Source: Propionibacteriaceae bacterium
GTDB lineage: Bacteria; Actinomycetota; Actinomycetes; Propionibacteriales; Propionibacteriaceae
Assembly: GCA_052094425.1 (NCBI GenBank)
Contig: JBQDIN010000007.1
Coordinates: 1,054-65,053 of the forward strand
Direction of reading: 5' to 3'
DNA length: 64,000 nucleotides
The notes beneath the pieces are model-generated. The model saw only the letters and a list, made by a program, of their open reading frames with translations, ran no database searches and was not told the origin of the DNA. Position numbers and translations under genes: made by a program. Positions within the stretch are counted from its first letter, which is position 1; each line of letters opens with the position of its first letter. This document shows, piece after piece, positions 1 through 8,862 of the stretch.

Positions 1-61
1 CTGCCGTGCCTACGGTCCTGAGGATGTTGACCTCCGCGAGCACCCAACCGGCTGAGCGATC

Positions 62-982
62 ATGAACAGACGCATTCTTGACACCCTGCAGGGCCCGTTG
101 GCGCAGAAGATCCTGGCCGACGAGGTCGCACGCCAGGTGCAGGCCGAGGTGGCGCGTCAACTGAGTGTCACGGCAGAACCCACCGAGGAAGAGCGCCAGA
201 CCGAGTGGGTGCGCTCCAATCGCGACTTCACCAGCAGCCTCTTCTTCGGCTCGGGCCTGCGCTATGACCGGATGCTCACCTCGGCCCGCTTCAACGAGCT
301 GGCCAAGCAGATCCGGTCACTGACGGGCGTCGGCCAGGTCTATGCCACGATGCAGCTCGCCTACCGCTTGATCATCGACCATGAGACCCGCGGGCTCGGC
401 CGCATCGCGGGGTCCAACTACAACGTGATCGGCAAGCTCGTTGCCCCATTGCTGCTGGAGGCCCCGGCCGGCCCGTTGCTCGAGATCGGCACCCTGTTCG
501 GCGTGTTCTCCCCCGCCCTGATCCGGATGTTCCGCGGCATCGGCGAGTTCCGTACGTTGACCGTGGTGGACCCGTTGGAGGGCACCCAGATCCAGCCCGG
601 CACCGTCGGTGGCGGCGACCCCACCGGGACGCCCGTGACGTACGACATCGCACAGCGGAACATGATCGAGCTCGGTCTCCAGCCCGACGAGTTCAGAATG
701 ATCAAGGGATACTCGACCGATCCGGCCGTTCAGCAGCAGGCAGCTGATCAGGAGTACTCAGTGATCATCATCGACGGAGACCATTCGGAGGACGGTGTCC
801 ATCGCGACCTCTGGTGGACCCAGGAGATCGCCGCACCCGGGGCCATCATCGTGATGGACGACTTCGGTGACCCCAAGTGGGCGGGCATCGATCGTGCCCT
901 GCGCCGCTACCTGGACGAGGGTGGCGCGTTCGAGCTGATCGGCAGCGCGGCGACGTCGGCCTATCTCCGGATGCCCAGCTGA
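62..982 (+). CDS. Class I SAM-dependent methyltransferase (Methyltransf_24-like)
   Basis: Motif I-like LLEIGTLFG, then IIIDGDHS...GVHRDL...GAIIVMDDF, the pattern typical of Methyltransf_24; about 130-aa N-terminal extension. Confidence 0.75.
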   Translation: MNRRILDTLQGPLAQKILADEVARQVQAEVARQLSVTAEPTEEERQTEWVRSNRDFTSSLFFGSGLRYDRMLTSARFNELAKQIRSLTGVGQVYATMQLAYRLIIDHETRGLGRIAGSNYNVIGKLVAPLLLEAPAGPLLEIGTLFGVFSPALIRMFRGIGEFRTLTVVDPLEGTQIQPGTVGGGDPTGTPVTYDIAQRNMIELGLQPDEFRMIKGYSTDPAVQQQAADQEYSVIIIDGDHSEDGVHRDLWWTQEIAAPGAIIVMDDFGDPKWAGIDRALRRYLDEGGAFELIGSAATSAYLRMPS

Positions 983-1009
983 GGCGAGGACGTACGGACC
1001 AGAAACTCT

Positions 1010-1882
1010 TCAGTCGAGGGTGATGTCGAGCGGGTTGGTCAGGCAGCGGATCGATCCACCGGAGAGGTGGAACTGGCTCAGGTCGATGTGCTCGCACCGT
1101 AGTCCGCGATCGGTCAGGGCCGCGGCGACCTCCGGGTCCAGACCGGCGCCGAGCACGGTCGAGCCGACCACCACGGCGTTGGCGGTGAAGGCGAGGGCCT
1201 GCTCGGTGGTCAGCACGATCGGGTCCGGAACCAGGGACATGATCAACTCGGCCGACTCCTGGTCGAAGGCACTCGGGCACACCAGCGCGGCCTCCTCGGT
1301 GATCGGGCAGAAGGACAGGTCCAGGTGGAACATCGCCGGGTGGGTGGTGTGGATGGCGTGCGTACGGACGCCCAACTGCTCCCGGATCAGCGTGACGGCG
1401 GCCAGGTCGGTGCGCGGCCCGTGGCCGACGATCAGCTCGCCGCGCCACCAGAAGGCGTCCCCGGCCTCGAACGCGGGGGCCGGGTTGTCGGGGGCCATGA
1501 ACTGGTCGCCGGTGGTCGGTTCCTCGCCCAGCCAGTGCACCCGGAAGCCGTGCTCGGCGAACCAGGCCGCCGCGACCGGGGTCTCCCCTCGTCGCTGCGG
1601 GAACCGCATGTGACTCATCAGGACGTGCCGCTCGCCGGAGCGCTGCCACGCCAGCCCCAGGTTCTGTGCGTACACCATGTCGGGCACGTCGACCGGTTGG
1701 CCGAGCACCTCCACCTCGGCACCAGCCAACCGCAGCGCGGCCACGGCCGCGTCGAACTGCTTGGTGCTCACCTTCGGGTCGGGCTGGTGCCCGGGATCCA
1801 TGAAGGGGTTGATCCGGTAGTCGATCCGGAAGTGTTCCGGAGCCACCGCCAGATAATGCCGTCCCCACGCCAGTTCAGTCAC
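1010..1882 (-). CDS. Amidinotransferase/dimethylarginine dimethylaminohydrolase (DDAH)-family protein
   Basis: INPFM, PDMVYAQN, FEAGD, FHLD and C-terminal GGSIRCLT (catalytic Cys) of the pentein superfamily. Confidence 0.85.
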   Translation of the reverse strand: MTELAWGRHYLAVAPEHFRIDYRINPFMDPGHQPDPKVSTKQFDAAVAALRLAGAEVEVLGQPVDVPDMVYAQNLGLAWQRSGERHVLMSHMRFPQRRGETPVAAAWFAEHGFRVHWLGEEPTTGDQFMAPDNPAPAFEAGDAFWWRGELIVGHGPRTDLAAVTLIREQLGVRTHAIHTTHPAMFHLDLSFCPITEEAALVCPSAFDQESAELIMSLVPDPIVLTTEQALAFTANAVVVGSTVLGAGLDPEVAAALTDRGLRCEHIDLSQFHLSGGSIRCLTNPLDITLD

Positions 1883-1981
1883 GTACCGCCACCTTCCTCG
1901 TCCGATCCCGAAGGATCACGGGCGCCGGCAAAGGAGGCGCCGAGGTGGGAGGCGTTTGGTCACGCATGGGACGATCAGACC

Positions 1982-2374
1982 ATGAGGCTGATCCTTCGCC
2001 TGCTCGCCAACGCCGCTGCTCTCGCGGTCGCTACCTTCCTGTTGTCCGGCATCACCATCAATGCTGCCACGACCCAGGAGAAGATTCTGACCCTCCTGTT
2101 CGTTGCGCTCATCTTCGGTGTCATCAACGCTGCAGTCAAACCGATCTTCAAACTGGTCAGCCTGCCGGTCGTGCTGCTGACCCTCGGCCTGTTCCTGGTC
2201 GTCATCAACGCCCTGCTGTTGATGCTCACCTCCTGGGTCGCCGAACGGGTCCGACTCGGCTGGCACGTGGAGGGCTTCTGGACCGCCGTGGTCGGTTCCC
2301 TCATCGTCTCGGTGGTGAGTGTCGTCCTCGGCCTGTTCGTCCCGGAGAAGAAGGAGAACCGACGCCGGGGCTGA
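1982..2374 (+). CDS. Phage holin family 4-TM membrane protein (YvlD-like)
   Basis: C-terminal part of ORF 1325..2374: MRLILRLLANAAAL...GVINAAVKPIFKLVSLPVVLLTLGLFLVVINALLL, the YvlD/Phage_holin_4_2 pattern; ATG at 1982. Confidence 0.85.
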   Translation: MRLILRLLANAAALAVATFLLSGITINAATTQEKILTLLFVALIFGVINAAVKPIFKLVSLPVVLLTLGLFLVVINALLLMLTSWVAERVRLGWHVEGFWTAVVGSLIVSVVSVVLGLFVPEKKENRRRG

Positions 2375-2412
2375 ACGGCCGACCCACACGGACGCCCCGC
2401 TACGGTGGGCCC

Positions 2413-2904
2413 ATGACCGCGACCGTGATCTTCGTCTGCTGGGGCAACATCTGCCGCTCACCGATGGCCGAACGGGTGGCCCGCAAGGCAGCCGCCGACC
2501 AGGGCCTGCGCGGGGTGGAGTTCACCAGTGCGGGGACCAGCACCGAGGAGATCGGCAACCCGGTGGATGCGCGAGCAGCCAGACTCCTGACGGCCCGCGG
2601 CTATGACGCCACCGACCATCGCGCGCACCAGATCACCGCCGACGAGCTCGCGGGTGCCGACCTGGTCGTGGTGATGGAGGAACTGCACCGCAGCAAGCTG
2701 GAGTCCCTCGCCCGGTCCGCCGGCATCCCCCAGGCCCTCGACCGTGTCGAGCTGCTCAGCGCCTTCGACCCGGACGCCGAACCCGGCGCCGGCGTACCCG
2801 ACCCGTGGTACGGCGACGAGTCCGGCTTCACCGACACCCTGGCGATGGTTGAAGCCGCCACTCCCGGCGTGCTGGACCGGGTGCGTACGCTCCTCGCCGA
2901 CTGA
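2413..2904 (+). CDS. Low-molecular-weight protein-tyrosine phosphatase
   Basis: P-loop VCWGNICRS (CX5R) and VPDPWYG motif; ATG 2413 is preceded by TACGGT + 6 nt (leaderless). Confidence 0.92.
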   Translation: MTATVIFVCWGNICRSPMAERVARKAAADQGLRGVEFTSAGTSTEEIGNPVDARAARLLTARGYDATDHRAHQITADELAGADLVVVMEELHRSKLESLARSAGIPQALDRVELLSAFDPDAEPGAGVPDPWYGDESGFTDTLAMVEAATPGVLDRVRTLLAD

Positions 2905-3022
2905 CCCCATCCACGCCCCACCGCGACCTCCGGCACAGTCGGGAACGACACCTCCGAGACGAGTTCGCTGAGCCACGGCCCGGGTCCCCGGTGACCGGTT
3001 GTCCATGTTGGATACTGGACCC

Positions 3023-3718
3023 ATGCACATTCTGGTGGTCGACGACGATCAAGCCGTCCGGGACTCCCTCGCCCGCTCACTCGAGTACAACGGGTACGAG
3101 GTGTCCACGGCCACGAACGGAGTCGAGGCCCTCGCCCGGTTGGCGGCCGGCCGGCCGGACGCGGTGATCATGGATGTGATGATGCCTCGGATGGACGGCC
3201 TCGAAGCCACCCGGATGCTCCGCTCGGCCGGGAACGACGTCCCCATCCTGGTCCTGACCGCACGCGACGCGGTCGGCGATCGGGTGGACGGTCTGGATGC
3301 CGGCGGCGACGACTACATGGCCAAGCCGTTCGCACTGGACGAGCTGCTGGCCCGCCTCCGCGCCCTGGTCCGCCGGGCCGGGACCGGCGCAGACAGCGAC
3401 GACCCGACCAGCGAGAGCCTGGCCTTCTCTGACCTCACCCTCAACCCGCACACCCGCGAGGTGGTCCGGGGGGCGCGGTCCATCGGACTCACCCGGACCG
3501 AGTTCGCCCTGCTGGAGACCTTCCTGGCCCACCCGCGCCGGGTGCTGGAGCGCAGTTGGTTGCTGAACGAGGTGTGGGGGTTCGACTTCCCCACCACCGC
3601 GAACTCCCTCGAGGTCTACATCGGCTACCTGCGCCGCAAGACCGAGGCCGATGGCGAGACGCGACTGATCCACACCGTCCGCGGCGTGGGGTACGTACTG
3701 CGCGAGACTCCTCCGTAG
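3023..3718 (+). CDS. mprA: OmpR-family response regulator, MprA-like
   Basis: [16 protein letters not shown] receiver motifs; C-terminus [26 protein letters not shown]...[16 protein letters not shown] closely resembles actinobacterial MprA. Confidence 0.85.
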   Translation: MHILVVDDDQAVRDSLARSLEYNGYEVSTATNGVEALARLAAGRPDAVIMDVMMPRMDGLEATRMLRSAGNDVPILVLTARDAVGDRVDGLDAGGDDYMAKPFALDELLARLRALVRRAGTGADSDDPTSESLAFSDLTLNPHTREVVRGARSIGLTRTEFALLETFLAHPRRVLERSWLLNEVWGFDFPTTANSLEVYIGYLRRKTEADGETRLIHTVRGVGYVLRETPP

Positions 3719-3730
3719 GCCGTACCGCAC

Positions 3731-5146
3731 GTGTTCGAGTTCCTGGTCCGGCACCTCCGCGCGCAGTCGCTGCAGCGACGCGTGGCGTGGCTGACCGCCT
3801 TTGCCGTGGCGCTCGCCGTCGCCGTGACCGGGCTGGCCGGCTACCTCACCGCCCGGACCTCGCTGTACAACCAGCTCGATGCGGAGCTGATCGACGTCGC
3901 CAGCGTGATCGCGGTCTCCGTCTCGGAGGACGTCCCGACCCTGGGCGGGCTGAACAGCGACTCCCTGCGGGCGGCCAATGTCACCGTCGCGGTGGTCCGC
4001 GCCGACGGATCGATCTTCAACGTTCCGGACAACCGGGTGGACCTGCAGATCGGCGAGGAGGAGATCGCGATCGCCAAGCTGCACCAGGGTTCGTCCACCC
4101 GGAACGGCCACAGCGCCGACGGCCGCGAGTTCCGGATCGTGACGGTCCCGATCGAGAACTACGACAACTTCGCCCTGGTGCTGGCCCGCGACCTGACACC
4201 CACCAACGGGTTGTTGTCCGCGGTCTGGCTGGTGTTGATCATCTCCGGCGCCTCCGGGGTGATCTGGGCCGGACTGATCGGTTCGGCCGTGGCGCGGTCC
4301 GGGCTCTCCCCGGTCCGGCGGCTCACCAGCGCCGTCACCCACGTGACCGCCACCGACGACCTGACCCCGATCGCGGTCACCAGTGACGACGACCTGGGCC
4401 GGTTGGCCGAGTCGTTCAACCAGTTGCTCAACTCGGTGGCGGTCTCCCGGGACCGGCAGGGCCAGTTGATCGCCGACGCCGGCCACGAACTGCGGACCCC
4501 GCTGACGAGCCTGCGCACCAACATCGAACTGTTGGACGCAGACAGCCGTTCGCCGATGCTGCCGGCGGGGGCCCGCGAGGAGATCCTCGGTGACGTGACG
4601 GCCCAGTTGGCCGAGTTCACCACACTGATCCAGGACCTGGTCCACCTGGCCCGGGACGACCAGGTCACCCCCTCACCGGAGCCGATCGACCTCCGCACGG
4701 TGGTGGAGGCCGCGATCGAGCGCGCCCGGCGCCGCGGCGCGGGCCTCGTCTTCGACGTGGAACTCAACCCGTTCTATGTGATCGGTGAGTCCGACACCTT
4801 GGAGCGGGCCTTCACCAACCTGCTCGACAATGCGGTCAAGTTCAGCCCCTCCGACGGCACCGTGCGGGTGCACCTGGAGGGTGATCAACTCCGGGTCTCC
4901 GACCAGGGGCCGGGTATCGACGAGGTGGACCTGCCATACGTGTTCGACCGGTTCTACCGCTCCGACACCTCCCGGAACACTCCGGGCACAGGACTGGGCC
5001 TGTCGATCGTCGCCCAGGCCGTGATGCGGCACGGCGGCACGGTGAACGCCGCCCGGTCGGCCGAGGGCGGTGCGGAGTTCACCGTCCGGCTCCCCGGATC
5101 CACCACCCTCGCCGGCCTGTCGGAGTCCGACCCGAACCTGCCTTGA
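3731..5146 (+). CDS. mprB: HAMP-domain sensor histidine kinase, MprB-like
   Basis: Two TM segments, HAMP, H-box DAGHELRTPLTSL, N-box NLLDNAVKF, G boxes DQGPGI and GTGLGL; follows the mprA-like gene. Confidence 0.85.
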   Translation: MFEFLVRHLRAQSLQRRVAWLTAFAVALAVAVTGLAGYLTARTSLYNQLDAELIDVASVIAVSVSEDVPTLGGLNSDSLRAANVTVAVVRADGSIFNVPDNRVDLQIGEEEIAIAKLHQGSSTRNGHSADGREFRIVTVPIENYDNFALVLARDLTPTNGLLSAVWLVLIISGASGVIWAGLIGSAVARSGLSPVRRLTSAVTHVTATDDLTPIAVTSDDDLGRLAESFNQLLNSVAVSRDRQGQLIADAGHELRTPLTSLRTNIELLDADSRSPMLPAGAREEILGDVTAQLAEFTTLIQDLVHLARDDQVTPSPEPIDLRTVVEAAIERARRRGAGLVFDVELNPFYVIGESDTLERAFTNLLDNAVKFSPSDGTVRVHLEGDQLRVSDQGPGIDEVDLPYVFDRFYRSDTSRNTPGTGLGLSIVAQAVMRHGGTVNAARSAEGGAEFTVRLPGSTTLAGLSESDPNLP

Positions 5147-5220
5147 TCGAACCCTCACCCCGCAACCGTGTTCCAAAGCGGTGGCAACCACGTACTGCGG
5201 CCCCTGCTAGCGTTCAAACA

Positions 5221-6009
5221 ATGGCACCCATCCCCGAAGACGAACGCCCGGCGACGTCACCGGTCGAATCGATCGACCGGGCTCTTCGGGTGCTCCAGGC
5301 ACTGGCCGCCGCCGGGCCGCAGGGACGATCGCTGGGTGGGCTGGCCACGACCCTCGACATCAACAAGACGACTCTGCATCGCATCCTCGGTGCCCTCAGG
5401 TTCCGCGACTTCGTCTCCCAGAGTCCCCGGTCCGCGAACTATGCGCTCGGACCCGCAACGCTTGGGATCGGCGAAGGATTCTTCTCCGATGAGAACCTGC
5501 CGGCGCTCTTGCACCCGGCGCTTGTCGCCCTGAGCAATGACGTCGACGAACTCGTTCACTTGGGATCCCTCTCCGGCGCCTACGTCGTCTACCTCGACAA
5601 GGTCGAACCGGAACACTCGATCCGGGTCTGGTCGTCGATAGGGCAGCGGATGCCCGCTGCCACCACTGCAATGGGTAGGGCGCTCCTCTCGGCCCAGGAC
5701 ACCGACCGCACCCTGCTCATGAGTTATCTCAAGGCCGTCAAACATCGTTCCGACGTCGACCCCGACAGTGTCTGGCGCGCGATCGAACAGGCGAGAGACC
5801 GTGGCTACGCCACCGAGGAGCAGGAGAACGAGCCGGGGATCAGTTGTGTCGCCGTACCCCTGCTGTGGTCCGGCCGCCCGATCGCGGCCGTCAGTGTCAC
5901 CGCGCCTGCAGAACGGATGACCTCGGAGCGGATCGGGGCCATCCACGACCGCATGGTCGCGAAGTTGCCGCACCTCCTGCCTTCCGACTTCAGCCTCCCT
6001 CAGCGCTGA
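5221..6009 (+). CDS. IclR-family transcriptional regulator
   Basis: ESIDRALRVL HTH start, PAATTAMGRALL, RGYATEEQENEPGISCVAVP IclR signatures. Confidence 0.92.
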   Translation: MAPIPEDERPATSPVESIDRALRVLQALAAAGPQGRSLGGLATTLDINKTTLHRILGALRFRDFVSQSPRSANYALGPATLGIGEGFFSDENLPALLHPALVALSNDVDELVHLGSLSGAYVVYLDKVEPEHSIRVWSSIGQRMPAATTAMGRALLSAQDTDRTLLMSYLKAVKHRSDVDPDSVWRAIEQARDRGYATEEQENEPGISCVAVPLLWSGRPIAAVSVTAPAERMTSERIGAIHDRMVAKLPHLLPSDFSLPQR

Positions 6010-6110
6010 AGTGAGGCGGCCGAGCATCATCGTGCGCTCGGCCTGCCTCCTCTCGCAAACCCCGCCTGGGTGACCCTTGCGTTTCACGTGTCGCCATGCC
6101 AATATCTCCG

Positions 6111-6147
6111 GTGCGCCTACTGAAACAAACGTTTCGCGATACGGAAC
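6111..6147. promoter_or_regulatory. Candidate IclR operator(s) upstream of the aminotransferase
   Basis: Imperfect palindrome GTTTCG-CGATA-CGGAAC (6131-6147) plus adjacent GTGCGCCTACTGAAAC (6111-6126); another GTTTCA half-site at 6081. Confidence 0.45.
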
Positions 6148-6212
6148 GAGGCAGGGTGGCCACACCGGAGGCGTCGCCCACAGTGCCCTCGTGGTGACCA
6201 GCACGACCGCAC

Positions 6213-7418
6213 ATGTCTCCCGCTGACCCGATTGACTACGGAAGAATCACTGTGATCACCCACCGCCGACTGAGCGCACTGGCACAGGACTACCCCGCGT
6301 CGAGTATCCGGAGGATGCTCGCCAGAGCCGGCCAGTGCCCCGATTCGGTGAAACTCACAGTCGGGGAGCCGGACTTCGCGACCCCCGAGCACATCAAGCA
6401 GGCCGGCATCAGCGCCATCGAGAACGACGAGACGCGTTACGGCCCGAACGCGGGCCTGCCGGAGCTGCGCCACGCGGTGGCCGAGAAGTACTCGCGCCGG
6501 TGGAGCCGTGAACTCCGCGAGGAGAACGTCATGGTCACCTTCGGCGGGATGCAGGCGCTTGCCTTCGCGCTCGACGTCACCGTGGAACCGGGTGATGAAG
6601 TGATCGTCGCCGACCCCGGATACCCCAACTATGTCGGCCAGATCCAGCGCGCTGGCGCCACGGTCGTGACGGTCCCTGTGTTCGAGGCGAATGACTTCAA
6701 ACTCCGTGCCGACGATCTCGCATCCGTGGTCACCGACCGCACAGCGGCGGTCATCCTCAACAGCCCGTCCAACCCCCTCGGTTCGATCATGGCCCGCGCT
6801 GACCTCGAGCGAATCGCGGATCTCGCGGACCAGCGCGGCTTCATGATCATCTCGGACGAGGTGTACGACGAGATCGTCTTCGACGGCGCGACGTTCACCT
6901 CGATCGCTCAGGTTCGGCCCGGCTTCGATCGCTACCTGGTGGTCAACAGCCTCTCCAAGACCTACGCCATGACCGGCTGGCGTTGCGGATTCGTGATCGG
7001 GCCGGAGGACCTCGTCGCACCCATGTCGATCCTGCAAGAGGGCCTCGCATCGGGCGTGCCGGCGTTCGTGCAGCGCGCCGCGATCGCCGCGATCGCAGGC
7101 CCGCAGGACGCCGTCCACGCCATGGTGGCCTCGTACCAAGAGCGTCGGAGAATCATCCTCGATCGGATCAACGCGATCGAGGGCATCCACCTGCTGGCGC
7201 CCGAGGCGACCTTCTACGCCTTCGTCAACGTCAAGGAGCTCGGCATCCCTTCGTGGGACCTCGCCATCGACCTGCTCGAACAGCACGGCCTCGCCGTCGT
7301 GCCGGGATCCGCGTTCGGACAGGCCGGCGAAGGACATTTGCGCATGACCTTCGCCGTCGATCCGGACGCCATCGAGGACGCATGCGAGCGTCTCAGACGC
7401 TGTGTCGGACGACACTGA
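6213..7418 (+). CDS. PLP-dependent aminotransferase class I/II (aspartate aminotransferase-like)
   Basis: LTVGEPDF, YGPNAGLPELR, LNSPSNPLG, ISDEVY, NSLSKTYAMTGWRCG (PLP-Lys). Confidence 0.9.
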   Translation: MSPADPIDYGRITVITHRRLSALAQDYPASSIRRMLARAGQCPDSVKLTVGEPDFATPEHIKQAGISAIENDETRYGPNAGLPELRHAVAEKYSRRWSRELREENVMVTFGGMQALAFALDVTVEPGDEVIVADPGYPNYVGQIQRAGATVVTVPVFEANDFKLRADDLASVVTDRTAAVILNSPSNPLGSIMARADLERIADLADQRGFMIISDEVYDEIVFDGATFTSIAQVRPGFDRYLVVNSLSKTYAMTGWRCGFVIGPEDLVAPMSILQEGLASGVPAFVQRAAIAAIAGPQDAVHAMVASYQERRRIILDRINAIEGIHLLAPEATFYAFVNVKELGIPSWDLAIDLLEQHGLAVVPGSAFGQAGEGHLRMTFAVDPDAIEDACERLRRCVGRH

Positions 7419-7471
7419 CCTCGCAACGCGAGCGACTGACCTCCACTTCCACGTTCAGAGGAGAACACACC

Positions 7472-7603
7472 ATGGCCCAGATCGTCGACTGGCTCAGTGT
7501 CGTACGGAGCAACGTCCTGGTGGTGCTCATCGTCGGCGCGAGCAGCTACATCACCATCCGCCTGCGCGGGGCAGAGCTGCGCCACGTCGGGACAGCGAAC
7601 TGA
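7472..7603 (+). pseudogene. 43-codon N-terminal stub of an alanine/glycine:cation symporter (AGCS/AlsT-like)
   Basis: Good RBS (AGAGGAGA), then MAQIVDWLSVVRSNVLVVLIVGASSYITIRLRGAELRHV, resembling the first TM and the 'yfTir.rf.Q.r' motif of AGCS carriers; stops after 43 aa. Confidence 0.5.
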
Positions 7604-7612
7604 GACGAGCCG

Positions 7613-8505
7613 ATGGACTTCACCGCCGAAGCTGCTGCGCTGCACGACGGACTCGTCGCACTGCGCCGGGAACTGCACGCCCGCCCGGAAACGGACACCG
7701 ACACTGTCTGGACTGCCGACCGGATCGCGGCCGAGCTCGACACGATCGACGTGCCGTACACCCGCCTCCCCGACAAGCAGCTGGTCGGGCGGATCGGATC
7801 GGGCGCCAGCCCATCGATCGCGCTGCGGGCCGACATGGACGGTCTGCCGATCACCGAGGACACTGGACTTCCTTTTGCCTCGACCAACGCAACGATGCAT
7901 GCCTGTGGCCACGACGGCCACAGGGCGATGCTCGTCGGCGCGGCCCGGTTGCTCAAGGGAGTCCAGGACGCACTGAACGGCACGGTCCACCTGTGCTTCC
8001 AATCCGCCGAGGAGACCGGGCGCGGCTGGGATCGGATCCTGAACCATCTGGGAGATGTTGGCGGAGTTGACCAGGCGATCGCACTGCACCTGTGGGCAGA
8101 CGTCGATTCCGGCACGATCTCGGTGGTCAGCGGCCCGCGGATGGCCGGCGTCGAACGTTTCGACATCACGATCACGGGACGTGGAGGCCATGGCTCTCGA
8201 CCCGATGACCCCAGAGGTCAACGATCCCGCCTCGGTGTGGCAGGCCGAGCAGGTCATCGAGGACATGCCCGGCCTGACGAACGTCGAGTTCGAACAGATC
8301 GCGGCATCGGAGAACTTCCCAGTACCTGCAGGTCTACCCGGGGTTCATGGCCTACTTCGGGATCAAGCGCCCTGCGATCGAGCAGTCCTACCACCACCAT
8401 CCGAAGTTCGACATCGATGAAGACGTCATGCCACACGGTGCCGAGTTCCTCGCACGCTATGCCCATCAGCACCTCGCCGGAGGTGGGGCGATGCAGAACC
8501 CGTGA
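7613..8505 (+). pseudogene. M20 amidohydrolase (AmaA/HipO-like), internally deleted and frameshifted
   Basis: LRRELHARPE, LRADMDGLP, MHACGHDGH, FQSAEE, GRGGHGSRP in frame 1. Frame jump at about 8206 to TPEVND...ASENF, second shift at about 8319 to QYLQVYPGFMAYFG...HHHPKFDIDED, stop at 8503-8505. Confidence 0.85.
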
Positions 8506-8604
8506 CTCTCGTCGGCCCAGCGCACCCGCACGAAGGGCCGCGCGCAAGTTCCCACGAAGAAGTTGGAATCCATGCCCGCCATCAACTCGATTCGAGGCTC
8601 GCAG

Positions 8605-8859
8605 ATGAGACGAATACCGAGATCCGCCAAAGTCGTCGCCGTCCTGATGTTCGCGTCCATCGCCCTGACCGCCACACCGGTCGTCATCCTGGCGAACCGC
8701 GTCTATCCCACCATCCTCGAGATGCCCTTCTTCCTGGTCTGGACAATCGCCGGGCCGTTCCTCGCGTTCGTGTTCTCCGCTATCTACATGCGCATCATGA
8801 ACCGCAGCGACGAGGACCAGCAGCAGACCGCCCTCGAGTCCGACACCGTGGAGGGCTGA
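8605..8859 (+). CDS. Small 2-TM protein (DUF3311/DUF485-like SSS accessory subunit)
   Basis: NRVYPTILEMPFFLVW motif; directly upstream of a sodium:solute symporter. Confidence 0.65.
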   Translation: MRRIPRSAKVVAVLMFASIALTATPVVILANRVYPTILEMPFFLVWTIAGPFLAFVFSAIYMRIMNRSDEDQQQTALESDTVEG

Positions 8860-8862
8860 CCC

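Noticed and set aside
1883-1910. Guanidine-III riboswitch upstream of the DDAH-like gene (CGGACGAGG on the minus strand)
   Set aside because: Only the 5' fragment matches, the downstream pairing region is absent, and GAGGAAGG is explained as the RBS.
1982-2374. Phage holin as evidence of a prophage
   Set aside because: YvlD-like membrane proteins are common chromosomal genes, and no integrase, capsid, terminase or endolysin is nearby.
2955-2980. MprA box upstream of mprA
   Set aside because: TCTCAG-like hexamers are present but spaced 8 nt apart rather than the expected 5.
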